Numbered from the stretch's first letter, positions 28,372 through 39,187 are shown. The stretch is DNA of 64,000 nucleotides from Hyphomicrobiales bacterium (GCA_041397845.1 JAWKVW010000009.1:26906-90905); one strand, 5' to 3'. Notes: generated by a model not told the origin, from the letters alone. A program made the numbers and translations.

Positions 28372-29589
28372 ATGCGTACCGCCTATATCCTGCTCTGGTT
28401 TCCGAAACCGACCGAGACCTTCATTTTCCGCGAGGTGCGCAACCTCGAAAGGTTCGGGCTGCCGCTGAAGATGTTCTCGCTCTATGGCCCGTGGACGCGG
28501 GACCTTTCGGCCGAGATGGCCTCGGTCGCCGACCGGACCGAGCGGCTCGGCATCAGGGGCCTGCCGAAGATCGTCTCCGGGATTGCCTACTGGCTGGCGC
28601 GGGAGCCGGGAAAGGTCGGCGCGCTCGTTCGCACGGCCTTGCTGCGGCGCTGGTCCGGCGTCGAGAAGACGGCCGAAAACCTCTGGGCCTTCCTTGCCGG
28701 CTTCCACCTTGCCCGGCGTTTTCGGGAAGAGGGAATCGAGCACATTCATGCGCCCTGGGCGAGCGGGCCGGCGACGGCGGCCTGGGTCGCGGCGCGACTG
28801 ACCGGCAAGCCCTTCACCTTCACGGCGCGGGCCTGGGACATCTATCCGCCGGATGCGCTGATCGGTGAGAAGATCGCCGAGGCGGCGTTCGTGCGCTGCG
28901 AGACGGGCGCCAACGTCAAGCACCTGATGGCGATTTCCGGCCAGCCGGAGACGAAATTCGAGCTGACCTACAACGGCGTGCCGCTCGTCGCCGAAGGGGC
29001 GGCGGAGGTGCCGATGCAGCAGCCGGTGCGGATGCTGGCGATGGGCCGGTTCGTTGCCAAGAAGGGGTTCGACCAGCTCATCCGCGCGGCGCGGCTGATG
29101 GCCGATCGCGGCGTCGATTTCCGCCTCACTTTTGCCGGCGACGGGCCGCTGCGCGGCCAGCTCGAGGCACTTGGCGCCGAACTCGGCATCGCCGATCGGG
29201 TGATTTTTCCTGGCTATGTCTCCTACGATCAGGTCGGGGCCTATTTCATGGCGACCGACATGGTGGTGATGCCCTGCGTCGTCGCAGCATCGGACGACCG
29301 CGACGGCATTCCGACGGTGATCATCGAGGCGCTGCTGCATCGCCTGCCGGTGGTCTCGACGGCGGTCTCGGGCATTCCCGAGCTCGTCGAGAACGAGGTG
29401 ACGGGGATGCTGGTCGAGCAGCGCGATCCGGAAGCGCTGGCCGGGGCAATCCTCAAGCTTGCCGGCGACCGGGACTTCGCGCTGCGGCTTGCCGAGGCCG
29501 GGCGGGCGCGGGTGCACGAGCGCTTCGATCCGGAGAAGAACCACCGGCGTGTCCTTGCCCTTTACGAAGGGATCGGGTCACGGCAATGA
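28372..29589 (+). CDS. glycosyltransferase family 4 (WcaL-like)
   Basis: 405 aa. The N-terminus is AYILLWFPKPTETFIFREV and the GT-B C-terminal motif is DGIPTVIIEALLHRLPVVSTAVSGIPELVENEVTGMLV. Confidence 0.8.
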   Translation: MRTAYILLWFPKPTETFIFREVRNLERFGLPLKMFSLYGPWTRDLSAEMASVADRTERLGIRGLPKIVSGIAYWLAREPGKVGALVRTALLRRWSGVEKTAENLWAFLAGFHLARRFREEGIEHIHAPWASGPATAAWVAARLTGKPFTFTARAWDIYPPDALIGEKIAEAAFVRCETGANVKHLMAISGQPETKFELTYNGVPLVAEGAAEVPMQQPVRMLAMGRFVAKKGFDQLIRAARLMADRGVDFRLTFAGDGPLRGQLEALGAELGIADRVIFPGYVSYDQVGAYFMATDMVVMPCVVAASDDRDGIPTVIIEALLHRLPVVSTAVSGIPELVENEVTGMLVEQRDPEALAGAILKLAGDRDFALRLAEAGRARVHERFDPEKNHRRVLALYEGIGSRQ

Positions 29590-30659
29590 CGGCGGCGCGG
29601 CAACCGATCCGGCTCGTGGTGCTCCTCGAGGATCTCGATTTCGGCGGCACGCAGCGCTTTGCCACCTATCTCCTGCGCGATCTTGACCGCGACCGCTTCC
29701 GGCCGGTGCTCTGGACGCTGCGCGGCGGCGACGATTTCCGCCCGGTGGTCGAGGCGGCCGGCGTGCCGGTCGTCGATCTCGGCCGGACCGCGAAAGTCGG
29801 TCCGCTGGCGATTTTGAGGCTTGCCCTGCGCCTTTTCGGCGACCGGCCCGACGTCCTCTACACGCTGACGGTGCTGCCCAATATCTGGGGGCGGGCGTTT
29901 GCCGGGCTGCTCGGCATTCCTGTCGTTTCGGGCTATCGCAACTATCTGCCGCGCCAGCACGAATGGCTGCTGTCCCGGTTCTCGCGCCGGATCGTCGCCA
30001 ATGCCGAGCGGCTGCGCGGCGTTCTCGTCGAGCGGTTCGGCGTGCCGGCGGCAAAGGTCGCGGTCGTGCCGAACGGCGTCGATACGGCGTTTTTCCGGCC
30101 GCGCGAGGATGACGGTGCGCAGATGCCGCTTGTTCTCTGCGTCGCACGCCGGGTCGGGCGCAAGGATCTGCCGACGCTGCTTGCGGCATTCGCGGGCGTG
30201 CGGGCAAGGATGCCCGAGGCGCGGTTGCGGATCGTCGGCAACGGGCCGCTCGATGTGCCGGCGGCGCCGGGCGTCGAGGTTCTGGCAGCACCGGGCGACA
30301 TCCGGCCGCATCTTGCCGCCGCGTCGGTTTTCGCGCTTTCCTCGGTAGACGAGGGAGCGCCGAACGTCATCATCGAGGCAATGGCCAGCGGCCTGCCGGT
30401 GGTGACGACGGAAGCCGGCGGGGCCGGCGAGCTTGTGGTGCCGGGTGTGACCGGGCTGACGGTGGCGCCGGGCGATGCGGCGGGGCTTGCCGATGCACTG
30501 CTGGCGCTGCTTGGCGATGCGGCGCTGGCCGGGGAAATGGGGCGCGCCGGGCGCGAGCGGGTCGAGCGGGAATTCTCGCTTGCCCGGATGATTGCCGCGC
30601 ATGAGCGCATTCTCGCCGAAGCGGCGGGTGAGGACGGGGGTGAGGGCGATGCATCTTGA
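29586..30659 (+). CDS. glycosyltransferase family 4
   Basis: 357 aa with an EX7E-type motif ([29 protein letters not shown]). 4-nt overlap with the preceding gene. Confidence 0.8.
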   Translation: MTAARQPIRLVVLLEDLDFGGTQRFATYLLRDLDRDRFRPVLWTLRGGDDFRPVVEAAGVPVVDLGRTAKVGPLAILRLALRLFGDRPDVLYTLTVLPNIWGRAFAGLLGIPVVSGYRNYLPRQHEWLLSRFSRRIVANAERLRGVLVERFGVPAAKVAVVPNGVDTAFFRPREDDGAQMPLVLCVARRVGRKDLPTLLAAFAGVRARMPEARLRIVGNGPLDVPAAPGVEVLAAPGDIRPHLAAASVFALSSVDEGAPNVIIEAMASGLPVVTTEAGGAGELVVPGVTGLTVAPGDAAGLADALLALLGDAALAGEMGRAGRERVEREFSLARMIAAHERILAEAAGEDGGEGDAS

Positions 30660-31644
30660 ATCGCGCATTCTGATCACGGGCGGGGCCGGTTTTCTTGGCT
30701 CGCACCTTGCCGACAGGCTGGTCGCAGGGGGCGCCGACGTCATCTGTGCCGACAATTTCTTCACCGGATCACGCCGCAACATCCGGCACCTGCTCGACAA
30801 TTCGCATTTCGAGCTGCTGCGGCACGACATCACCTTTCCGCTCTATGTCGAAGTCGACGAGATCTACAATCTCGCCTGTCCGGCGTCGCCTGTGCACTAC
30901 CAGTACGACCCGGTGCAGACGACCAAGACCAGCGTGCACGGCGCGATCAACATGCTCGGCCTTGCCAAGCGGCTGCGGGCGCGAATCCTCCAGGCCTCGA
31001 CCTCGGAGGTCTACGGCGATCCGGAAGTGCATCCGCAGACCGAGGAATACTGGGGCAACGTCAATCCGATCGGCCCGCGCTCATGCTATGACGAGGGCAA
31101 GCGCTGCGCCGAGACGCTGTTTTTCGACTACCGGCGCCAGCACCGGCTCGGCATCAAGGTGGCGCGGATCTTCAACACCTACGGGCCGCGCATGCAGCCG
31201 AACGACGGCCGCGTCGTCTCGAATTTCATCATCCAGGCGTTGCTTGGCCGCGATCTCCACCTTTATGGCGACGGCGAGCAGACGCGCTCGTTCTGCTATG
31301 TCGACGACCTCATCGAGGCGATGGTGCGACTGATGGCGACGCCGGACGAGGTGACCGGGCCGATCAATCTCGGCAATCCGGCGGAAATGACCATTCGCGA
31401 GCTTGCCGAGAAGATCGTCGACCTCACCGGCTCGAAGTCGAAGCTGGTATTGCGGCCGCGGCCGGCGGACGATCCGTATCGGCGCAAGCCGGACATCAGC
31501 CGCGCCCGCGAGGCGCTCGACTGGGAGCCGAAAGTCGGGCTCGAAGAGGGACTGAAGCCGACGATCGCCTATTTCGAGGACCTGCTTGCCGCGATCCCGG
31601 CCGGCGATGTCGACCGCCTGCTCGGTGTCGCGGCACCGATCTGA
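30649..31644 (+). CDS. UDP-glucuronate decarboxylase (UDP-xylose synthase)
   Basis: The ORF was trimmed to the ATG at 30649. Motifs: [46 protein letters not shown] and [10 protein letters not shown]. Confidence 0.9.
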   Translation: MHLESRILITGGAGFLGSHLADRLVAGGADVICADNFFTGSRRNIRHLLDNSHFELLRHDITFPLYVEVDEIYNLACPASPVHYQYDPVQTTKTSVHGAINMLGLAKRLRARILQASTSEVYGDPEVHPQTEEYWGNVNPIGPRSCYDEGKRCAETLFFDYRRQHRLGIKVARIFNTYGPRMQPNDGRVVSNFIIQALLGRDLHLYGDGEQTRSFCYVDDLIEAMVRLMATPDEVTGPINLGNPAEMTIRELAEKIVDLTGSKSKLVLRPRPADDPYRRKPDISRAREALDWEPKVGLEEGLKPTIAYFEDLLAAIPAGDVDRLLGVAAPI

Positions 31645-31667
31645 GGACACTTGCCGGAACGCGCCAG

Positions 31668-32624
31668 ATGGATGTCCTGTTCGCCGCCGACGACAGCTAT
31701 GCCCGCCATCTCGGCGTGACGATGCTGTCGCTGCTGCGGTCGCAGCCGGCGGACATGCGCCTCGACTTCCATCTGCTGCATCAGGGCATGAGCGCCGGCA
31801 ACCTTGCGAAACTCGCCAGCCTCGGCGCCGGGCGCGCCTTCCGTCTTCATGACTACCGCGTCGACCCGGCCGAATTTTCCGGGTTTTCCCGGGCAATGAG
31901 CTTCAGCCGGCAGATGAGCTACATCACGCTCGAGACGTTCTTCCGGCTGAAGGCGCACCGCATTCTGCCGGATCTGGCGCGGGTGCTCTATCTCGACACG
32001 GATATCATTTGCCGGGCCGATCTCTCGCCACTCTGGTCGCTCGATCTTGATGGAAAGCTTGTCGCGGCGGTCGCCAACCAGGATGTCGAGGCGCCGGAAA
32101 TCCTGCGCCGGCAAGGTCTTCTCGGCGACGGCGAGCCCTATTTCAATGCCGGCGTCCTGCTTCTCAATCTGGCGGAAATGCGGACCGAGGGGATCGACGC
32201 CCGCCTTGCCGAGCTTGCCGAACGGCATGGCCGGTTCATGCAGTTCGCCGATCAGGACCTCCTCAACGTCGCCTGTCGCGGGCGCATCGCCTGGGCGCCG
32301 CTGCGCTTCAACGTGCAGTCCGGCTATTTCTACAAGACCAGTCTTGCCAACGACCTCGAGCGTTTCTGGCCGGGCGTGCGACGGGAATTCGAGGCCGCGC
32401 TCGCCGATCCGGCGATCCTGCATTTCACCGGGCGGGAAAAACCCTGGCATATCACCTCGCGCCATCCGATGCGGGAGAGCTATCGCGAGATCGAGAGGGC
32501 CTCGCCATGGCGCGACGAGCCGCTGCTCGTCGATCACCTGCGCTACCGGCCGCATCCGGCAAGGGCCTTTCTCGACAAGGTCCGGAGCTGGTTCGGCCCG
32601 ATGACGCCGGGCGGCGGAGGCTGA
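31668..32624 (+). CDS. glycosyltransferase family 8
   Basis: 318 aa with the motifs FAADDSYARHLGVTMLSLL, YLDTDIICRADL (DxD) and YFNAGVLLLNL. Confidence 0.8.
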   Translation: MDVLFAADDSYARHLGVTMLSLLRSQPADMRLDFHLLHQGMSAGNLAKLASLGAGRAFRLHDYRVDPAEFSGFSRAMSFSRQMSYITLETFFRLKAHRILPDLARVLYLDTDIICRADLSPLWSLDLDGKLVAAVANQDVEAPEILRRQGLLGDGEPYFNAGVLLLNLAEMRTEGIDARLAELAERHGRFMQFADQDLLNVACRGRIAWAPLRFNVQSGYFYKTSLANDLERFWPGVRREFEAALADPAILHFTGREKPWHITSRHPMRESYREIERASPWRDEPLLVDHLRYRPHPARAFLDKVRSWFGPMTPGGGG

Positions 32625-32627
32625 GCG

Positions 32628-33467
32628 ATGCCGAAGATCACGCTCGTCGTCTGTCTCCACCGCGAGGGCGATCTTCTCGCCCGGCTCCTGATGCAGGCCG
32701 AGGGGTGCCATGACGATCTCGTCGTCGTCCATGACGGTCCCGACGAGGATAATTGCCGGGCTATAGTCGAGGCTCATGGCGGCCGGTTTTTCGAGCGGCC
32801 GCGCGCCTTTCAGCAGGAGCCGCACTGGCCGTTCGCCTGGGGGCAGGCGGCGCACGACTGGATCCTGCGGCTCGATGCGGACGAGTTCCCGTCCGAGACG
32901 CTTGCCGACTGGCTGCGGCGCTTTCGCGAGGCGGCCGAGCCGGCAGGCGAAATATCGGGCTATACGGCAATCTGGCCGCTCTGGGACGGGCGGCGCGAGC
33001 GGACCCGGCGCTGGCCGCGCCGCGTCATGCTCTTCAACCGGGCACGGGTCCGTTATTTCGGCATGGCGGACCAGGGGCCGATCGCCGACGGCAGGTTCGA
33101 GCCGCTCGACCTCGTGCTCCGCCATCAGCCGGACCGGCCGTCCTACGGCATCCGCTACACGCTGATGCGGCCGACGTCGCGGCGCTGGCACACCGAGATC
33201 GCCCGCGCGCTCCTTGGCAAACCGACGGACCTTGCCTGCTGGCGCTGGGACGACGCGGCCTGGCCGGCAAAGTGGGAGGCGATCCGCCGGGCGCCGCTGC
33301 GCACCGGGCTGAGACGGTTCTTTCTGTCGCCGTTCCGGAACGGGCGCGACATGGTGCGCGCCGGCGAATTTCCGAACCCGGCTTTCCTCACCTTTTTTCC
33401 GCTGCAGCACTGGATGACCTGCTGGCGTTTCCATCAACTGCGGAAGGCGGAGAAAAAGGGACGATGA
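32628..33467 (+). CDS. glycosyltransferase family 2-like
   Basis: 279 aa with ITLVVCLHREGDLL...VVVHDGPDED and LRLDADEF (DxD). Confidence 0.7.
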   Translation: MPKITLVVCLHREGDLLARLLMQAEGCHDDLVVVHDGPDEDNCRAIVEAHGGRFFERPRAFQQEPHWPFAWGQAAHDWILRLDADEFPSETLADWLRRFREAAEPAGEISGYTAIWPLWDGRRERTRRWPRRVMLFNRARVRYFGMADQGPIADGRFEPLDLVLRHQPDRPSYGIRYTLMRPTSRRWHTEIARALLGKPTDLACWRWDDAAWPAKWEAIRRAPLRTGLRRFFLSPFRNGRDMVRAGEFPNPAFLTFFPLQHWMTCWRFHQLRKAEKKGR

Positions 33468-34486
33468 GCGCGGCGCGGTTCTTCTATCTCGTCACGGCCG
33501 ACAGCCGTTTCCGGATGGCTGACGAGACGCCGCTCGCCTTCCTGCAGCGGCGAATGTTCAGGCGAGGGACGCGGGTGCCGACCGGCGGCGTCAAGGTCAT
33601 CTACCAGCATTGCGATGCGCTCGTGGCAGCCGGCATCGAGGCCCATCCGGTGCATCTCGGCGACTTCCGGGTGGACTGGATGGAGCATCATTGCCGGCCG
33701 CTCGGGCTTGCCGAAGCGCTGGAACTGGCAACGCCTGACGACGTGCTCGTCGTGCCGGAGCGGGTGCCGGAGGCCGGCGCGGGGTTTTCCTGCCGGCGGC
33801 GGGTGGCGTTCGTGCAGAATGGCGGGCTCGTCGACAAGGCGCTCGGCGGCCGCGACTACGGCGATTTCGGCTTCACCGATGTGCTCTGCTGCAGTCGCTG
33901 GCTTGGCGCGTTCATGGCGTCGCGGACGCGGCTGCCAGTGCATGTCGCGGTGAACGGCATCGACCTGTCGAAATTCCGGCCGGCGCCGAAAAAAAGGCGC
34001 GTCGGGCGGGTGCTCTATCTGAAGCGCAAGGCGACCTGGGAATATGGCCGCGCGGCGCTGGCAAAGCTTGATCCGGCGGTGCGGGCGGGCATCGAGGTCG
34101 TCGAGCTGCCGAACCGGATGAGCGAGGCCGAGATGATCGCCGCCTACCAGTCGGCGGACATCTTCCTCGCCCTCGGATTTCCGGAGGGCTTTGCGTTGCC
34201 GCCGCTCGAGGCGATGGCCTGCGGGGCGGCGGTGGTCGGCTTTGCCGGCGGCGGCGGGCTCGAGCACATGGTCGATGGCGAGAGCGCGCTCGTCGTTGCC
34301 GATGGCGACGCGGACGGCCTTGCCGCGGCGCTCGCGCGGGTCGTTGCCGACCGTGATCTCCACGAACGGCTGCGGGCCGGCGGGCTTGCCATGGCGAGCC
34401 GGTTCGGCCTGCCGCGCATGGCCGGGGAGGTCGTTGCCATGGCGCGTCTGCCCGGCGGTGGAAAAAACGCCGGAGGAGGGGGCTGA
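33464..34486 (+). CDS. glycosyltransferase family 4/1 (GT-B)
   Basis: The ORF was trimmed to the ATG at 33464, which forms an ATGA overlap with the previous stop. Motif: PEGFALPPLEAMACGAAVVGFAGGGGLEHMVDGESALVV. Confidence 0.75.
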   Translation: MSAARFFYLVTADSRFRMADETPLAFLQRRMFRRGTRVPTGGVKVIYQHCDALVAAGIEAHPVHLGDFRVDWMEHHCRPLGLAEALELATPDDVLVVPERVPEAGAGFSCRRRVAFVQNGGLVDKALGGRDYGDFGFTDVLCCSRWLGAFMASRTRLPVHVAVNGIDLSKFRPAPKKRRVGRVLYLKRKATWEYGRAALAKLDPAVRAGIEVVELPNRMSEAEMIAAYQSADIFLALGFPEGFALPPLEAMACGAAVVGFAGGGGLEHMVDGESALVVADGDADGLAAALARVVADRDLHERLRAGGLAMASRFGLPRMAGEVVAMARLPGGGKNAGGGG

Positions 34487-34600
34487 ACACAGCCTGTGCC
34501 ACGCTTTGCGGTGGCCTTGGCGTTGTTTTTCCTGATATTTCTTGAAACGGGGAACGGGGGCGCGTTACGGGCAGATGAGCATTGTCCGGCCGGATGTGAA

Positions 34601-35803
34601 ATGAAGACCGTCGACAGATACATGACGCGGCGTCTGGCGCTGGCGGCGTTGCTCGCGACGGTCGGGCTGTCCGGGCCGATCATCCTCATTTCGCTGATGA
34701 CCCATGTGCCGCTGATCTCTGTGTCGGCGTCGCTGCTCTGGCCGGCGCTTTACGGCATCTCCTGCATGATCCTCTTTCACACGATGCCGATCCTCGTTGC
34801 CGGCACGATCATCTGGGTCTACGGGCAGTTTCTGGCCGAGGGCGTGCTCGTCACGCTTTACATGGCCGGGCGCTCGACGCTGGCGGTCAAACTGCCGGCC
34901 ATTCTCATCGGCCTGATGGCGGTTGCGGCGGGCTATGTGCTGTCGCTGCATTTTGCCCCGGACAGCGCCAAATATGTTCATGACGTGCTGTTCGCGCTGC
35001 GCCGGGACATGAACCCGGACTTGCTGCAGGCGGGCAAGTTCAACCAGTTCGGCCGCGACGGCCAGGTGATCTTCTTTCAGGAAAAGGTCGGGCACGACCA
35101 GATCACCAAGGTCTTCATCCGCCAGGTCGAGACCGACGGCGAGCCGGAGCCCCTGCAGGAGAAGGTCTACACGGCCGACCACGCGATTTTCGGCGGTGGC
35201 CACGGCGATCGCTGGGTGGCGCTGCTCGACGGTTCGGTGGTGATCGCCCGGCGCGGTGCCAAGCAAATCCGCAAGGTCGATTTCAACCAGCTCAAATGGC
35301 GGCCGGTGGCGGCGCTGGAGCAGATGGGGCGCGGCTACAATTTCTATGACGAGCTGGCGACGCCGGAATTCCTGTCGGCGCGGGCGGCGGCTTTCGAAAC
35401 CGGCAAGGGCGCGCGCGAATGGGCCAAGGAGGCGGTGAAACGCTTTGCCCTGCCGCTGCTGGCAATCGCCCACACGCTGCTCGGCCTCGAGCTCCTGACG
35501 CTGTTCGGTCTGATGACGGACCGGCACGGCTATTTCGCGGCGTTTCTCTGCGGCGCGGTGCTGACCATTCACCTCGCGATCGTTCTCGTCACGGAAGTCA
35601 TCGGCAAGGTCGATGCGAACTTCGCCTTCGTCGCGCTGGCGCTCATCGGGGCCGAGATCGGCCTTGCGGCGACGCTGATGCTCGGCGGCGGACGGCGGTT
35701 CGTGCAGGATCTCGCCTGGCGCCTGTCGCCGCCCTATTCCTTCGCGCGCGGCTTCCTCGGTCTTTTCCTGCCGGGTGCCGTCGCCGGCTCGAAAAATGGC
35801 TAG
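34601..35803 (+). CDS. LptF/LptG (YjgP/YjgQ) family permease
   Basis: The ORF was trimmed to the ATG at 34601 (MKTVDRYMTRRLALAALLATVGLSG). It has three N-terminal TMs, a periplasmic beta-jellyroll-like region (QAGKFNQFGRDGQVIFFQE...) and three C-terminal TMs. Confidence 0.7.
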   Translation: MKTVDRYMTRRLALAALLATVGLSGPIILISLMTHVPLISVSASLLWPALYGISCMILFHTMPILVAGTIIWVYGQFLAEGVLVTLYMAGRSTLAVKLPAILIGLMAVAAGYVLSLHFAPDSAKYVHDVLFALRRDMNPDLLQAGKFNQFGRDGQVIFFQEKVGHDQITKVFIRQVETDGEPEPLQEKVYTADHAIFGGGHGDRWVALLDGSVVIARRGAKQIRKVDFNQLKWRPVAALEQMGRGYNFYDELATPEFLSARAAAFETGKGAREWAKEAVKRFALPLLAIAHTLLGLELLTLFGLMTDRHGYFAAFLCGAVLTIHLAIVLVTEVIGKVDANFAFVALALIGAEIGLAATLMLGGGRRFVQDLAWRLSPPYSFARGFLGLFLPGAVAGSKNG

Positions 35804-37195
35804 GGCGATGGCGGACGGCAAACAGCAGGGCGGCCTTCTGTCGTCGGCGAACCTCGTCGTCAATGGCGGGTTCTCGCGCGCGGCCGGGGAGAGCGCCGCG
35901 CACTGGGCGGTTCCGGCCGGCGTTCGGCGCATTTCCTGCCGGGGTTCGATCGCTACGGCCTGCCGCATGCGAGTCATGGTGTCGAACTGCCGGCGGGTAC
36001 GGTTTCCAGCATTCGCCAGGATGTCGACGGCGTCGACGGCATCGATGGCGGGCGCTTCGCCGTGCGGGTCACCGCGCGGGGCGCGGCGCGGCGCGGGGTG
36101 CTGCGGCTCATTGTTTCCGAGAGCGGGCGCGAGGTGGCGCGCGGGCTTTTCGATGTCGGCACCGACTGGCAGCGCTGCCGCCTCGAGTTTCGTCTCGCCG
36201 GGGCGCCGGCCGGGCCGCTGTCCCTGGCCATCGAGGGGCCGGGGCCGGAGAGCGATGGCGACCTCACAATCACGGATGTGCGTCTCGTCCAGATCTTCGA
36301 TGTTGCTGCCCCGCTCAGCCTGCGCTTCCTGACGCGCGGCAGCTTCCTGTTGCCAAGCTCGCGGCTCCGGGCGTTTCTCATTGCCGACTATCTTGACCTT
36401 GTCGGCTGGCCGGTGGCGGTCAACCGGCCCTTGAGGGCGGACCTCGTCGTTTGCCAGAAGGTGCGACGCTGGGATGCGCTCGCCCTTGCCCGGCTTTCCG
36501 GCGGGACGATTGTCTACGATCTCGACGACAACGAACTCGTCCAGACGCGGCGGCGGCGTCTCGATATCGGCGCTTTCAGCCGGATGGTCGACGGCGTCTC
36601 GGTCGGCTCGCATTTCCTCGACGACTTGCTCGGTGACTTCAATAAACGTCGATATCTCCTTGATAACATGGTTGATATACTCGATATCGATATCGTCCAT
36701 GAGGCCCGGCCGTGGGGCGGCCGGCTGGTGTGGTTCGGCATGCCGGAGAATGCCTGGATGCTGGAGCGGGTTGCGGCCGGGCTGCAGGTGACGCGGATCA
36801 CGCGCGGCGGCGACATCGATTTCGATGCCAAGGGCATTGACCGGAGTCTGATGGATTTCGACCTTGCGCTGCTGCCGGTCGAGCTCAACGCGGCGACCAG
36901 GGCCAAGAATGCCAACCGGCTGGTGAAGTGCGCCGGGCTCGGCCTGCCGTTCCTTGCCAGCGACACGCCTGAGAACCGGCGCGCCGTTGCGGCAATCGGT
37001 CTCGACGAGGAGGTGCTGGTGGCCGGGGAGGCGGACTGGCCGGCGCGGATTGCCGAGACCGGCCGGAATTATGCTGCGTTCCACGAGCGGGTCGCCTCGG
37101 CGCGGGAGCGGGCATTCGCGGTCTATGGCCGGGAACGGATCGTTGCCGACTGGATCGGCTGGTGCCGGGAACTCATCGCGGAGCATGCGCGATGA
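35796..37195 (+). pseudogene. hypothetical protein (CBM-like N-terminus, glycosyltransferase-like C-terminus); apparent frameshift near 35915-35927
   Basis: The ATG at 35796 gives MARAMADGKQQGGLLSSANLVVNGGFSRAAGESAAHWAVPAG. Good coding sequence then continues in the -1 frame (AHFLPGFDRYGLPHASHGVELPAGTVSSIRQDV...) into listed ORF 36062..37195. The C-terminal motif is KNANRLVKCAGLGLPFLASDTPENRR. Confidence 0.5.
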
Positions 37196-37857
37196 GCATG
37201 GACCGGAGGAACAAGCGGGGCGAGGGCGCGATGCGGGCGACGCGGCGCGGTGTGCTCGGCCTGCTCGGCGGTGCGCTCGTCGTGCCGGCCACGGCGAAAA
37301 GGGCGCTTGGCGACGACATGCGGCTGCCGAGCTACGAGATCACCGACTCGAAAATCACGGTGTCGAAGGCGATGCCGGTGCGTCGGCCGGACACGCCGGT
37401 GCCGAGCGACGCGGGACTGCTGTTTTACATCCAGCATTCGCAGAACCCGAACACAATCGTCTATACGACGCGGCAGGGGGCCGGCGGCGGGCTCGACCGC
37501 AGCGATCCCGTCGATGTTTTCTGGCGGCGGTTCTCGCGCCAGAACGAGCGCGACGAGCTGACCTTCTTCGAGCGGTTTTTCGTCTTCGGCGCCCGCACCT
37601 CGCGGGCAAAGGGCGCGGCCGAGCGGTACGCCATCCGGCTTGCGGCCTATGCCGGGGCAAGCGGCGTGCTCGAGATCGGCCCGGACGGCAAGGCGCGTAT
37701 TGTCGGCAAGCTCGGCGATCGGGATGTCCGGGTCGTCTATGCCTATGCAGAACTTGGCGACCGCGCCTTCATCCCGAAAATCGAGTTCATCGACGTGATC
37801 GGCGAGGACCTTGCAACCGGTGAGTTCGTGACGCGCCGGGTGAAGGTCGGATTCTAG
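37192..37857 (+). CDS. Tat-signal protein, DUF4833-like
   Basis: The ATG at 37192 forms an ATGA overlap with the upstream stop. It has a twin-arginine signal (MRATRRGVLGLLGGALVVPATA). The motif LLFYIQHSQNPNTIVYT resembles my recollection of DUF4833. Confidence 0.5.
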   Translation: MSMDRRNKRGEGAMRATRRGVLGLLGGALVVPATAKRALGDDMRLPSYEITDSKITVSKAMPVRRPDTPVPSDAGLLFYIQHSQNPNTIVYTTRQGAGGGLDRSDPVDVFWRRFSRQNERDELTFFERFFVFGARTSRAKGAAERYAIRLAAYAGASGVLEIGPDGKARIVGKLGDRDVRVVYAYAELGDRAFIPKIEFIDVIGEDLATGEFVTRRVKVGF

Positions 37858-38008
37858 TCATGAGAGGTGGTTGCGTGGCAAAAGGCCCCGGTTTTTTCAA
37901 GGGCTTGGCACTGGACGGAGGCTGTCGTCCTCTGGAAACATATGGAAATAAAGATAAGTCCGGCGCCGCTGTCGCGCGACTGGACGATCGGCTGTATCGA
38001 GTAAGCGC

Positions 38009-39169
38009 ATGGCAACCGGGCTGAAACCGGAAATCCGCACTGTCGAGACAAGAAGAGACCTGAAGCTCTTCCTGCGGCTGCCGCGCCTCATCTATGCCGG
38101 CATGGCCGGCTTCTCGCCGCGCCTCGACTTCGAGCAGGCCGAAATCCTCGATCCGAAGCGCGGGCCGTTCTTCCGCCACGGCCGGGCGCGTTACTTCCTT
38201 GCCGTGCGGGACGGGGTCGCGGTCGGCCGCATCTCGGCGCAGATCGACGACCTCGGCCGGCCGGGCGAGGGACTTTTCGGCTGCCTCGATGCCATCGATG
38301 ACTTCGCCGTCGTCGAGGCGCTGCTGACGGCTGCGGAAGGCTGGCTCGCCGGCGAGGGTGCGAGACTGGCGCGCGGTCCGTTCATGCTCTCGATCAATGG
38401 CGAGAGCGGCCTCCTGCTGGAAGGGCAGATGACGCCGGCGATGGTGATGATGGGCTGGTCGCCGGCCTATCTTGCCGACCATCTGGAGCGCGCCGGATAT
38501 CAGCTTGGCAAGCGCCTTCTGACCTACCGCATGGCGCTCGAGGCCGACACCGACAATGCCCATGCGGCGTCGCTGCGCGGGCGGCTCGTCACTGGCCGAA
38601 ACCGGGTGCGCGGCCTCGACATGGCGAACCTTGCGCGGGAGGCGGAGATTTTCGCGACGCTCTTCAATGATGCCTGGGCCGGCAATTGGGGTTTTGCGCC
38701 GATCACGCAGGCGGAGATCGCCAAGATGCTGACGTCGATGCGGCTGATGCTGCATCGCGATTTCGGCGTCGTTTTCGAGACGGACGGAAAGCCGATCGGT
38801 TTTGCGCTGGCGTTGCCGAACCTTGCCGAAATCGTCCATGAGTTCAATGGAAGGCTGTTGCCGTTCAACTGGCTGAAGCTTGGCAGGTGGGCGCTTGGGC
38901 GCAAGTGCCGGTCGGTGCGGATCATCCTGATGGGCGTTGCCGGCGCCGTCCGCTCAAGCGTTCTCGGTGCGGCGGTTCCGATCGTTCTCATCGACGAACT
39001 CATCCAGCGCAGCAAGGGCGATGGCTGGCAGGTCGACGAGATCGAGATGGGTTGGGTGCTGGAGGATAACTTGCAAGTCCGCGCACTGATCGAAAAGGTC
39101 GGTGGCAATGTGGACAAGACCTACGGCATCTTCGACAAGGAGTTGGCCGCCCCGACGGGCGGTCGTTGA
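38009..39169 (+). CDS. GNAT-fold N-acyltransferase-like protein (uncharacterised ~390-aa family)
   Basis: 386 aa. The N-terminus (IRTVETRRDLKLFLRLPRLIYAGMAGFSPRLDFEQAEILDPKRGPFFRHGRARYFLAVRDGVAVGRISAQID) matches a widespread family usually annotated as GNAT N-acetyltransferase. Confidence 0.6.
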   Translation: MATGLKPEIRTVETRRDLKLFLRLPRLIYAGMAGFSPRLDFEQAEILDPKRGPFFRHGRARYFLAVRDGVAVGRISAQIDDLGRPGEGLFGCLDAIDDFAVVEALLTAAEGWLAGEGARLARGPFMLSINGESGLLLEGQMTPAMVMMGWSPAYLADHLERAGYQLGKRLLTYRMALEADTDNAHAASLRGRLVTGRNRVRGLDMANLAREAEIFATLFNDAWAGNWGFAPITQAEIAKMLTSMRLMLHRDFGVVFETDGKPIGFALALPNLAEIVHEFNGRLLPFNWLKLGRWALGRKCRSVRIILMGVAGAVRSSVLGAAVPIVLIDELIQRSKGDGWQVDEIEMGWVLEDNLQVRALIEKVGGNVDKTYGIFDKELAAPTGGR

Positions 39170-39187
39170 AAGCGGGGGTATGACCAG

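Noticed and set aside
37858-38008. Lower-GC 150-bp gap after the DUF4833-like gene, inspected for a terminator, small RNA or sigma-54 promoter (contains ttggcactggac).
   Set aside because: There is no convincing stem-loop with a T-run and no -12 TTGC at the right spacing. It is most simply an internal sigma-70-type promoter region. It is mentioned under the acyl-module finding only.
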